Source: Scenedesmus sp. PABB004 (lineage: Eukaryota). Taken from it: a stretch of 64,000 nt of DNA. The stretch covers positions 1-64,000 of the forward strand of contig JABVCE010000035.1 of assembly GCA_014905635.1 (NCBI GenBank), written 5' to 3'. Below the pieces are notes generated by a model. The model searched no databases. It worked only from the letters and a program-made list of their open reading frames with translations, and was not told the DNA's origin. The translations under genes and the position numbers were made by a program. This document shows, in pieces, positions 46,484 through 57,559 of the stretch. Each line of letters opens with the position of its first letter. Position 1 is the first letter of the stretch.

Positions 46484-48285
46484 ATGGCGCTCACCCAGAA
46501 GGAGCTGGACATCCAGATGCTGCTGGCGGCGGGGTGCCACCTTGGCACCAAGAACTGCAACTATCAGATGGAGCGCTACGTCCACGGCCGGCGCCAGGAC
46601 GGCATCTACGTCATCAACCTCGAGAAGACGTGGGAGAAGCTGCAGATGGCGGCGCGCATCATCGTGGCCATCGAGAACCCGCAGGACGTCGTCGTGCTGT
46701 CGGCGCGCCCCTACGGCCAGCGCGCGGTCTTCAAGTTTGCGCAGTACATCGGCGCCAAGTCCCTCGCGGGCCGGCACACGCCCGGCACGTTCACCAACCA
46801 GATCCAGAAGCAGTTTGAGGAGCCGCGCCTGCTCGTGCTGACCGACCCGCGCACCGACCACCAGCCGATCAAGGAGTCTGCCTACATGAACATTCCGGCC
46901 ATCGCGTTCTGCGACACCGACTCGGCGCTCACGCACGTCGACGTGGCCATCCCCGCCAACAACAAGGGCAAGCACAGCATCGGCGTGCTCTACTACCTGC
47001 TCGCGCGCATGGTGCTGCAGATGCGCGGCACCGTGTCGGCGGCGAGCCCGTGGGACGTCATGGTGCGGCGCCGCCGCGGCGCGCCGGCGCGGCGCGGGGG
47101 CCGGACGGGGGCAGCAGCAGACGCGCGGGGCAGGGCGGCGGCGGCGGAGGGCCGGGGAAGGGCGGGGCGGGGCAGAGAGCGGCAGCGGCGGCTGCAGCAG
47201 CGGCAGCAGCAGCAGCAGCAGCGAGCGCGCGCGCGCGGCGGCTGCGGCCCGCCGCGCCGCACCGCGCGGCCCGGGCGGCGCCCACGGCGCTCAGGGAGGC
47301 CGCGGGCGGCGGCGGGCCGGCAGGCGGGGCGCGCGCAGCCACCGGAGCGCCGGCGGCGGCTGGAGCAGCGCTGGCGGCTGGCGGCTGGCAGCAGCGGCGG
47401 CTGGCGGCAGCAGCGCCGGCGCCGGCTGGCGGCGGCGCGCGTCGCCACGCCCGGCACGCCCGGCACAGCCTGCTGGCAGCAGGAGGGCAGCGATCTGGGC
47501 GTCGCCGGCGAGGCGGGGCCGGCAGGCTGGCACGCCCGCGCGCAGCAGCAGCAGCAGCAGCAGCAGTGGCAGCAGCCGCCGGCTGGAGAGCTGAGCGGGC
47601 GGCGACCGCTGCGGCTCACCGCAGCAGCGGCGCCAGCGATGGCTGCTGTCTGCCTCGCTCTGCGCTTTGCTCCTCGCATGCAGCGACGCCGGCAGCAGCC
47701 GTCGCTGGCGCCGGCGGCAGCGGCGCCAGCAGCAGCGGCAGCAGGGCGTGGCCGGGCGGGCGAGCGGCAGCGCGCTCCCCGCACCTCCCGCTCGATGCCC
47801 CTCCACCGCGCCTGCGCTGCCCCTCCACCTGCTCGACCCTGGATCGCGGCCCCGCTGAACCGCTCGCCCCGCTCCGCCCCGCTAAACCCCAGGTCGACCT
47901 CTTCTTCTACCGCGAGCCGGAGGAGACGGAGAAGCCCGCCGACGAGGCCGCCGACTTTGGCGCGCCGACCGGCGAGTTTGGCGGCGCGCTGCCGGCGCCG
48001 AGCGCGCAGGACCAGTGGGCCGCGCCCGCCGCGCCCGCCGAGTTTGGCGCCGCGGGCGCGCCCGGCTTCGAGGCGGCGACCGGTGAGCGCCGCGCCGCGC
48101 CGCGCTGCGCTGCGCCGCAGCGGCGCCGCGCGCAGCAGCCCGCGCGCGCCGGCCGCCGCTCACACCCCCGCCTCGCGCCGCGCCGCGCAGGCTTCGAGGC
48201 GGCCACCGGCTTTGAGGCCGCGGCGGCGCCCGCGCCCGAGGCCGTGGCGTACGCCGCGCCGGAGGCGTTTGGCGACAAGTTCTGA
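46484..48285 (+). CDS. RPSA: 40S ribosomal protein SA (uS2), 3 exons
   Basis: [83 protein letters not shown]; exons 46484-47062, 47893-48082, 48191-48285. Confidence 0.98.
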
Positions 48286-48710
48286 GCGCCCCGCGCGCTC
48301 GGGCTTGGCCGTGCGCTCGCGCGGAGCGCAGGCGCGGACGAGAGGTGGAGCAGAGGCGCGGAGGTGCAGTCGGGCGGGGTGTGTTGGGTCGCGCGTGCGG
48401 TGCCGGGCGCGCCGCCGGCCCGCCGCGCGGGGCGCGCGCGGTCGCGGGGAGCCCCCGCGCCGCGGCGCCTGCAGGCCAGGGTAACACGCGGCGCGTGCGA
48501 GCCACCAGGCGCGGTCGCGGCAGCCTTTACATCCCGCGGCGTGCCAGCGAGCACGGGTCCCGCGCAGCGCAGCGGCACCGGCGCCCGATCCGCCGCGGCG
48601 CCGCGCTCGCAGCCTGGGCCCGCCGCTGCGCGCTGCGCGCCGGCTGGGCTCGTCGCACGCGCTGCGCCTGGTGCCAGCTGCGGCGCCAGCTGCAGCTGAC
48701 CGGCCCGCCG

Positions 48711-49732
48711 TCAGTCGTCGTCCTTGAAGGGGAACGCCTCGTCGCGGTGCGCCTTGAGCCGCAGGCGCAGCTCGTAGCAGTCGGCGCCCTTGAGCATGTC
48801 GGCCGCAAACGTGCAGTCGACGTCGATGTTGACCTGCCGGCGCCGGCGCGCGCGTGCGTCGGCGCGGGCGTGCGTCGGCGCGGCGAGTGCCGGCGCGGCG
48901 CCAGCGCTGCAGGGCCCGCGGCGCGGTCGGCGCGGTCCGCCGCACCATCTCGAGCGCGCCGCGGATGACGCCGGGGAGGAGGTTGGAGTAGCGCAGCGCG
49001 CGGTACTCGTCCGGCAGCTCCACAAAGTCGGCGAGCGGGTTGTCGGTGAGGACCTGCGGCGCGGCGGCGCGGCGTGTGCGAGCGGCGCGACGGGGCGCGC
49101 GACCACGGCGTGCGAGCGGCGCAGCAACGCAGGCCGTGCTGCTGCCGCGCGCCGGCGCACCAGGCTGCACTCGCTGCCGTCGGCGCTCCAGTTGGTCACG
49201 GTCGCCGAGACGTTGAGGAACATCGGCAGCGCCTGCCGCGCGACGACCTCGGCCGCCTCGCGGAAGCTCCCGCACCGCCCCGCGCGCGACTTTGACAAAA
49301 ACTCCTCGACCAGGCGCACGCCGATGTTGTAGCCCCTGGCGCCGCGGCGGCGGGCGCAGCGGCGTCGGCGGCGGCACGGCGGCGCTCGCCCGCGCACGCG
49401 CGGGCGAGGGCGCGAGAGAGAAGGAGCGGGCGCGCCGCGGGGCTGAAGCGCTCGGGCGCGCTGCGGCGGCCTCGCTCACATCTTGTCAAGCTGCGTGTTG
49501 ACCTCCTCCAGGTCCTCGCAGTCCGCGATCAGCTGCCGCACGATCGAGCCGTATGTTAGGGTGAAGATCTCGGCGCTCTGCGGGCAAGAGCGGCAGACAG
49601 CCCCGCGGCGCGGGCGCGGCGCGCGGTCGGCGGCGGCGGCTTGCAGCGTGCGTGCGCGCCGGCGGCGCGCGTGCGCGCGGCGCGCGGCGCGCGCACGATC
49701 TGCTCCAGCTGCGGCGGCGCCCGGGGCGGCAT
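48711..49732 (-). CDS. BET3: TRAPP complex subunit BET3/TRAPPC3 (5 exons)
   Basis: SAEIFTLTYGSIVRQLIADCEDLEEVNTQLDKMGYNIGVRLVEEFLSKS, DNPLADFVELP, LRYSNLLPGVIRGALEMV, ending PFKDDD-stop. Confidence 0.96.
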
Positions 49733-50544
49733 CGCGGCGGCGCGGCGGGGCGCGCGCGTGCGCGCAGCGGCCGAGCGCCTAGCTCCTGCGCTCGCGGCGG
49801 GCGCTGCCGGCCGGCGCGGCTGGCATGGCCCCACGGGGCGGCACTGGATGGAGAGCGGCTGTGGGCAGGGCTGGGAGCTGGATGGAGCGGCGGCGAGGGC
49901 TGCGCAGCGGCGCGCGAGCAGCGGCGGCGTGCGCGTGCGTTTGCTGGGCAGGCCGGGGACGCGTCGTGGGCCACCTGGCGAGCGGGGCGGGTCTGGAGCC
50001 GCACGCCGGGGCGCGCTGGGGGGCCTGCAGAGCGCCAGGGCGAGCGTCTGCGCCCTTGAATCGCGGCCATCACGCTGCCCTGCCTCTGCAAGCCCGGGCC
50101 AGCGCCGCCCGCAGCAGACCGCCCACGCCGCCAGTCCGGTGATCGTCAGAACGCCCGTGATCGCCCGCCCGGCCGCCGAGTGCTGCTGCCTCCGAGACGC
50201 GCGAGCGCGCCCGGGCTCCTCCGCTGCCTCAGGCGCCCCGCAGATCTCATGGTGAGCCGGGAGCCGGCCCATGGGCGCCGAATGCGCGCCGTTGGCGCCG
50301 CGGGCGTCGCGTGGGCGCGGCCCACCATCTCGGCAGCGGTTGCGGGCCCGTGCGCGCAGCCGGCGACCCGCTCGCGCCCGGCGTCCGGCGCCCCGGCCGA
50401 AACGGGTCCCGGGCCGCACTCAGCCGCGCCGGGAGCGCGCCAGGCCGTGCGGGCGGCGTGGGGGCGGGCCGCGCGCGCGTGCGCCGCTGCTGCGCGGCGC
50501 TCGCCGCCGATCGGCGCGGCGCGCGGCCGCGGGCGGCGCGCCCA

Positions 50545-50973
50545 ATGGCGTGCCCTCACGCGACGCGCCGCCGGCTCCGCGCGAGCGCAGGCGGCCCAGC
50601 TCGCGACCTTCTCCAGCCGCGCGGCGGCCGCGCCGGCGCGCCCGAGCCGGACGCGCGCGGTTGCGGCCGCCGCAAGCGCCGACGTGGCGCCCAACGTGGC
50701 CGAGGCGCGCGCCTGGATCGCGGCGTGGCGCGCCAAGCAGGGCGGCGCGCCCGCGCCCGCGCCCGCGCGCGCGCGGCGGGCGGCGGCAACGGCAAGGGCG
50801 CCAAGGGCAAGGCCAAGGGCGGCGCGCCCGCGGCGGCGCCCACGGCGGCGCCCGCGGCAGCGCCCGCGCCCAGCGCCCGCGCCGGCGCCGCGGCGGCCGA
50901 CGGCACGCTCGTGTTCACGGCGGAGCAGCTGCAGGCGGTCAAGTGGAGCGACGTGAAGCTCACGCAGAAGTGA
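50545..50973 (+). CDS. Small putative plastid-targeted low-complexity protein (two compensating frameshifts likely)
   Basis: ATG 50545 and stop 50973 are in frame, but the middle reads better in another frame (transit-peptide-like QLATFSSRAAAAPARPSRTRAVAAAA, then PNVAEARAWIAAWRAKQ); C-terminus DGTLVFTAEQLQAVKWSDVKLTQK. Confidence 0.55.
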   Translation: MACPHATRRRLRASAGGPARDLLQPRGGRAGAPEPDARGCGRRKRRRGAQRGRGARLDRGVARQAGRRARARARARAAGGGNGKGAKGKAKGGAPAAAPTAAPAAAPAPSARAGAAAADGTLVFTAEQLQAVKWSDVKLTQK

Positions 50974-51907
50974 GCCGCGCGGCGGCGGCTGGGGCGCCGC
51001 CGCGCGCGCCTGCATCGGCCCGCGCGACGACGCACTGCACACGCACGCGGCGGCCGCGCGCAGCCGCGCGGGCGCACAGCGGTCTGGTCTAGTCTTTGTT
51101 CTTGCTGCTAGCGGCGCCGCGCAGCGGGCAGCGGCGCCGCGTGGGCCGCCGCGATTTTGGCTGCAGCGGCGGCCGGGCCCGCGTGAGGCTGCGCCTGTGT
51201 CGGTGGTGGTGAGCCTGAGCTGAGCTGAGCGTGCGTGGACGAGGAAACCTGGCTGTTCTCGTTGCCTCAAGGCCCGCGACTCCTCGCCCTCAAACCCCCG
51301 CAGCTTATTCCACACGGGGCCCGCCCTGCCGACCTCGACGACCACACGCCCCCGCCGCTCTACCAAGCGTTGCCGTCTCTAGAATACACAGCAGCAGGGG
51401 CGGGGCGCGCAGCGCAGCGCGTGCGCCGCTGCCGCCGCCCCCGCCCCTCCCCCGGCCACGCCGCCGCGCCGCCGGTCGTGTCGCGGCCGCGGCCGCAGGC
51501 GCAAGGCATCATCATCAGCCGCGCGCGACTACCAGCCCCGCAGCAGCGCGAGGTGGGGACTTGCGCAGTCCGCCGCGTTTCACAACGCGCGTGCGACGAG
51601 CAGGGAATGTGTGGGTGGCGCGGGCGCGTCGCTCACGCCCAGCGCCTGCACAGGGCAACGGCGGGCCCCCGTTGCCGGGGCTGCACACAACCGCCGCCCC
51701 CACCGAACCCGGGCCGCCGCTCGCCCCCAACGCGGATCACGGCGCGCGCGGGCGGGCATCAACGAAATGCGCAGGACTGACCGTGCGCCCCGCCCGCCGC
51801 GGCGGCACTTGCAATCGCGCGCGAGCGCGCATGCGCCCAGCGCCGCAGCGCCGCGCCGCCCGGCGCGCCGCGCGCGCGGGGGCTGCCAGCTGGCCGCCGC
51901 CGCCCCC

Positions 51908-53182
51908 TCACAGGGGCTTGAGGTGCGTCTCCAGCTGCTTGAGGTACTTGCTGTTGGTGATGTTGGAGCACAGCGGGTCCGCCAGCGGCGCCACCACGGG
52001 GTAGCCGACCTGCGCACAGCGCGCACAGCGCGGGCGCGACGGGGCGCGGCGCGGCGTCGGCCGCCGCCGCGCTCGCTGCCGTGCGCGGCGCGCGCCGCGG
52101 CGGGCGGCGGCGGCGGCGCGCCGCAGCTCGCGTGCGCGCACCTCCATGAACTTCTTGGCGGGCCAGCTCTCCTGCAGCGTGCTGCTGGTGGACCACACGA
52201 GCTCCCACAGCTTCTTGTACACCGGCAGGGCCTGCGCGGCGGCCGGGCGGGCGGGCGGCCTCAGCGTGGCGCCAGCGGCGGCGCGCTGCGCCGCCCACCG
52301 CGCCGCCCAGCGCGCCGCCGGCCCGCCGCGCCGCCCGGGGCTGCCCGGGCCCGGCGCGCGTGCGCGTCGCGGCCGCGGGGCGCGGGGGGCGGGCGCACCA
52401 CGACGGTATCGTGCACGCTGCCATATGTCTTGAAAGACGTCTTGATCAGCGGGTCTGCCGCCTTCACGACGGTCGGGACTGCGTCGCCGGGCGACGGGGC
52501 GCGTCGTGGGCGGGCGCGCGGGCCCCCGCGCTGCGCGGCGCGAGCGTTATGGGCGCGGCGCGGCCATGCGGCAGCCCCACCTGGCCCGAACGCCGCGACC
52601 TTGCCCGCGGCCGCCACGCCGCTGTCCACGATCTTGTCGGGGTCGGCCCAGTACTCCACCTTGCCGGACGCCCACTGCACGTAGGGCGCGGGGTCGAGGG
52701 CGGCCTTGAGCTTGTCCACGCTGCCCGCCACCAGGCCGTAGTACTGCTCCTTGGCGCCCTGGTAGGTGGACATGTTCTTGTCGTGCAGCTCCCGGCTGTA
52801 GGCCAGCAGGCCCGCCAGGCTCGCCAGCCCGGCGTCCACCTGGGGGGCGCGCGGCAGCAGCGGTTGTGATGCGCGCCGCCGCGCCGCGCCGCCGGGGCGC
52901 CGCGCCGCGCCGCCCGCCCGCCGTGCGCCGCGGGCGCCCGGCGCTGGGGCCGGGGCCGCCCCGCACCTGGCCGTCCACGCCCGCCAGCAGCTTGCCGGCC
53001 GAGTCCTGGGCCTTGGCCAGGTAGGGCGCGCCCAGGCGCAGCGCGGTCTCCTCCGCCTGCGAGGCGTACGCCTCCGCGAAGCCGGGGACGAAGCCGCGGG
53101 CCCGGCGGTAGATGCCCTCCGCCAGCTGCGAGGCCTGGCTCGCGTAGGCGGGCACGAACTGGAGGCGCTTGAGGTCGGCCAT
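51908..53182 (-). CDS. MLDP: Major lipid droplet protein (green-algal MLDP), 5 exons
   Basis: MADLKRLQFVPAYA..EGIYRRARGFVP..AEETAL..KLLAGVDGQVD..YYGLV..ADPD..HDTVV..YPVVAPLADP..SKYL is colinear with recalled chlorophyte MLDP sequences. Confidence 0.88.
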
Positions 53183-53433
53183 GGCGGCGAGCGTGCGGGT
53201 GCTGAGAGCGGGCGGGAACCTCTGCGGGCCGGAGGCGGGCCGGGAGCGCGTGGAGGCGGCCGCGGGGCGCTGTGATGGCCAAGACCTCGACCCCGACTGA
53301 CAGCGTCGCAGGCGTCGCCCCCGGCCCGATCGGGCATCAATCCCGCCCCGCGCCAGCGCCCGCACCTGGCCGGCCCGCCCGCCCGCCCGCAGCGAGCGGC
53401 GGCGAGCGCGGCGCCCCGCCGCTGCCGGCGAGA

Positions 53434-54464
53434 ATGCGCCAGCTCGCGCCGCTGGCGGGCCGCGCGGCCCCCGCGTCCCCCAGCAGGCGGCCAGTGCGCA
53501 CGACCCGGGCCGGCGGCGGCGCGGCGCGCAGCTGCGGCCCCGCGCGCGCCGCGGCGGCGCCGAGCAGCGGCGCCGCCCCTGGCCGGCGGTGGCCGGCCCG
53601 CTGCGCCGCCGCGCCGCCGGCCGCCGGCGCGGCGGCGGCGGCGGCGGCGCCAGAGCCGCAGGCGCCGCGGCGAGGCGCGGCTGCGCGCGCCGCGAGCAGC
53701 AGCGAGGCGCCGGACGCGGGGCCGCCGCCGCAGCCCGAGGCGGCGCCGGAGGGCCCGCAGGCGGCGGGCGGCGGCGTGTTCGACCCCGCCGCGCTGCCCA
53801 TCGCCGACCGCGTCAAGTTCTTGCGCAACCGCATCGCCGCGCGCGCGCGGCGCCCGCCCGGCGCTGCCGCGCCCGGCGCCGCCGCGCCGCACCGCGTCGG
53901 CGTCACGGCGGGGCAGCTGAGCGCGCAGGTCCACGCGGCCGCCGCGGCCGCGGGGCTCGCGCACGCGGCCGCGGGGCACCTGCTGAACCACGTGGCCACG
54001 TCGCGCGTGAGCGGACACCCGGACTCGCTGGCCGCCTTTCTTGAAGCCTACGCCCGCCTCGCTGCGCGCTACGGCGCCGGCACCGCGCAGGAGTGGCTCA
54101 AGCGCACGCCGCCCGTCATCCGCAACGAGGCCGAGGCGCGGCGGGGCCGCCGCCGCCGCCGCCGCGCGGGCCGGGAGGGGGCGGGGCGGGGGAGCGGCGG
54201 CGCGGCGGGCGGCGCGACGCGCGGCGCGGCGGGCGGCGGCGCCGCTGACGCTGGCGCGCGCGCGCGCGGCGCCGTGCCGCGCGCGCAGGTGCCGGCGCGG
54301 CTCGCGCGCCTGGGCGAGCTCCTGGGTGGCGCGCCCGAGGCGACGGTGCTCGCGCTCACGCGGCGCTGCCCCAACGTGCTGGGCGTGGAGGCCGCGCTGC
54401 TGGGGCCGCGCCTCGAGGCCATCTGCCGCCTGCTCCGGCGCGACCCGGCGGCAGAGGTGCGCCA

Positions 54465-54499
<35 letters not shown>

Positions 54500-54511
54500 A
54501 GCGCCCGCGCG

Positions 54512-54565
<54 letters not shown>

Positions 54566-54976
54566 AGCGCCCGCGCGCGCGCCGCGGCGCCCGCCGCCGC
54601 CGCCAGCTGCGGCTGCGGCTGCCGCTGCCGCCGCCCCACGCCGCCCCGCGCCGCGCCGCAGCAGGGCGCGCGCGTCCTCGCCGCCGCGCCCGCGCTGCTG
54701 GCGATGTCGCCGGCGAGCCTGCGCGTCAAGGTGGCGCGGCTGGAGGGCCTCGCGGCGCGCCACCCGCGCTGGGCGGCCGCGTACGGCCGCGCGTCGCCGG
54801 GCTCGCTCGCGGTGCTGCTGACGTACAGCCTGCAGCGGCAGTTGCGCCTCGTGTACCTCGCCCAGCTCGGCGGCGGCACGGGCGGCAAGGGCGGCATGTC
54901 AATGGCCACGGCGATGGCCATCAGCTCGAGCCGCATGCGCGACCTGCACCCCGGGTTTGACGCCTGGGCGGCCGCC

Positions 54977-55010
<34 letters not shown>

Positions 55011-55480
55011 AGGGCGCGGGCGACGGCCAGGCGCGAGCGCCGGAGTCGGCGCAGCTCGCGCAGGAGGCGCTGGCGCAGCAGGCGGCGCAGGGACAGCAGG
55101 TGGCGCAGCAGCCGGAGCAGCAGCGAGTGCAGCAACAACTGCAGCAACAGCTGCAGCAGCAGGCGCAGCCGTCGTTGCAGCAGCCGCCGCTGCTGCCGCC
55201 GCTGGCGCCTCGCCCAGTGCGGCAGACACAGGCGAGGGAGGCGCTGGACGGCGCCGCCGCGCCCGCACCGCAGGCGCGCGCTGCCGAGCCTGCAGCGGCA
55301 GGCAGGAGCAGAAGGTCCAGCAGCAGCAGCAGCAGCAGCGCCAACGCCAACGCCAGCGCCGCGAGCCTATCGGGCGCCGCGGGGGAGCGCTCGGCGGCCG
55401 ACGCGCTGCGCGCGCGGCTGGCAGCGGCGCGGCGGTCGGCCTCGGGCGTGGCGGCTGCGACGGCGGTGCTGGGGCGCTAG
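53434..55480 (+). CDS. mTERF-like organellar helical-repeat protein (3 exons)
   Basis: Transit-peptide-like N-terminus; repeats LTRRCPNVLGVEAALLGPRLEAI and VLAAAPALLAMSPASLRVKVARL; LAVLLTYSLQRQLRLVYL. Confidence 0.6.
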
Positions 55481-57559
55481 CGGTCGCGCGAGATTTCAAG
55501 TAACCGCGCCGCTCTCTGCGCCGCTCTCTCTGCGTTGCCGCCGGGTTCCAGGGTCAAGCCCCGCCGCCGCCCGTACGACCACCAGCACACCGCCCACTGT
55601 TCCCGGCGGCAGCAGGGCGGGCGACGCGCCGGCGCAGGCGGCGCGCCGGCGCGCGGCCGTGGGCGCGGCCGCGCGCCGGCGGGCTGCTGGCCGGCTGCAG
55701 AGCCGGCCGGCCAGCGCCAGTGGCGCGGCGCGCCGCCGTGCCTCTGGAGCCTGCCGCTCCCACGCGGCGTCCGTTGGGTCTCAACACAGACAGGCTCACT
55801 CTCTGTGTGCTGGCATCACCCCCACCAGGCAGGGCGGCGGGAGCTCGACAAGCGCAGCGCGAGTCTAGGTCAGGCGTTCAATGTCGGCGGCGCCCAGGCC
55901 CGCCCGCCGCCGCGGCGGCGGGCGCGCCGTGGGCCCGCGGCGCGAGTGGCGTGCCGGCGTGCGCTCTCCCCGGCGGCGCCCCCCCCCCCTGTGCAGCCAG
56001 CCAATCCCCGCCCGCCCGGCACGCACACCCTGCACCAGGCACCAGACGTGACACATCAGACACCGATCGCCCCGTGCTGGTTGCGCGCCGTGAGGCAGCT
56101 CATGTGAATCAATCACGGGTCAAGCGGGGACGCGCGCGAGATGCTTCTCAACAGGACCGAGCCCCAGACCGAGTGCGCTCCGCGGCCGCGCCGCCGCGCG
56201 GGCGGCGTTTGGTGCGGCCGCGGCGGGGAAAGCAGCAGGTGATCGGACGACCGTTCAAGCTTGGCAGTGCGGCGGCGGCGGCGCATGCGGCAACCGCGCG
56301 TGCTGCAACAAAGAACAGCAGTGGTGTCTCGCACACATCGTTGTTAGTAATGTCCGCCAAAGCGGCGACGCAAACTTCAATCAGCCGGCGGCGACCCGCG
56401 CGGCGTGCGGGCGCGTCTTGTTGTCCCAGCTCGCTGCCGCCTGCGCCGCGGCGGCGTCGGCGCTGCGGCCAGTCCCTGGCTTCACCATCCTGTGTGCGGA
56501 AGCTGCACCAGGAAGCGGGGGGCGGTGCGGCGGCGGCGGCGGCGGGGGGTGAGCGCGGCGCGCCCGCTGCTGCGTCGGCGCGGCGCGCTGCTCGCGTCGC
56601 AGCCCCGTCGCCTCACCAGCTGGCGCGTCCGTCGTCGGCGGCCCTGCTGGCCGCTCACGAGCACCCGGGGGACGCAACGCGGAGCACGCGTGTCCCGCCA
56701 GCCTGGCTTGCGCTCTCCGACACTGCTCGCCGGCCTGGTCAGGGCGCGCACGCGGTCGGCCACGGCGGCTGTAGGTTGGCCGCCCGACGGCGTCACGGCG
56801 GAGCACGCGTCGCCGCGGTGGCCGCGGCCCGCCGAGCCGGAACGGCCCTCGCCAGCATCGCGGCAGGCGGGGCGCGGGCCCGCTGCGCGCGCCCCGACCC
56901 CAGCCCGCCCTGGAGTGCCTGATTGGCGACCACCCGAGCTCACCGGCATCAGGGGCCAACCCGGACGCGGCGTGCTGTCGCGATTGCCTCGACCCGCTGC
57001 TCGCCGCGCGGCGGGCGCCCCAGGGGCGCCCGGCGACCGCCGTGGTGTCGGGCGGCTCTCACCAGTGGTGCTGCCGCAAGAGCCCCAGGGGGGGGGGGCG
57101 CCAGAGAACCGCAGCGACTGACGACGTCGCCGCACGCAGCGCAGGCGCCGTGTGGCCCCTGCGCACTCCTCCACCGGCACGTGCGACCTGCCCCGCGCGC
57201 CAGCGCGCCGTGGGGATCCGCCCCCGACACCGGGCTCGCCGCCTGCCCGCGCGTGCTTGCGGCGCGGCGGCCGCCGCCGCGCGCTGTGCCGCCGCGCCCC
57301 CGCCCGCCCGCCCGCCCGCGCGCGCAGGGCCGTGCCCACCACCAAGCCCGCACGCGCCCGCGACTGGCCGCCGCCGCGGCCTGCCGCGACCGCCTGCTGC
57401 GCCCCGTGAGCCGCGCGCCGCCGCCGCCTCCCTCAGCCCTGCACGCGCCCGCGACTGAGCCGGCTGCTCCGTAGCCGCGGCCCTGCGCCGCCGCGCCGCC
57501 CGCCCGCCCGCCCGCGCGCGCAGCCAGCCAGGAACCCTGGGTCGGCGCCAGCGCCGACG

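Noticed and set aside
47063..47892. snoRNA in the long RPSA intron
   Set aside because: No convincing C/D or H/ACA box pair with a terminal stem; mostly (CAG/CGG)n low complexity.
55740..57130. Additional weak hairpins (about 55750-55840, 56686-56809, 57044-57118)
   Set aside because: The stems are short or heavily interrupted and cannot be told from GC-rich background without folding statistics.
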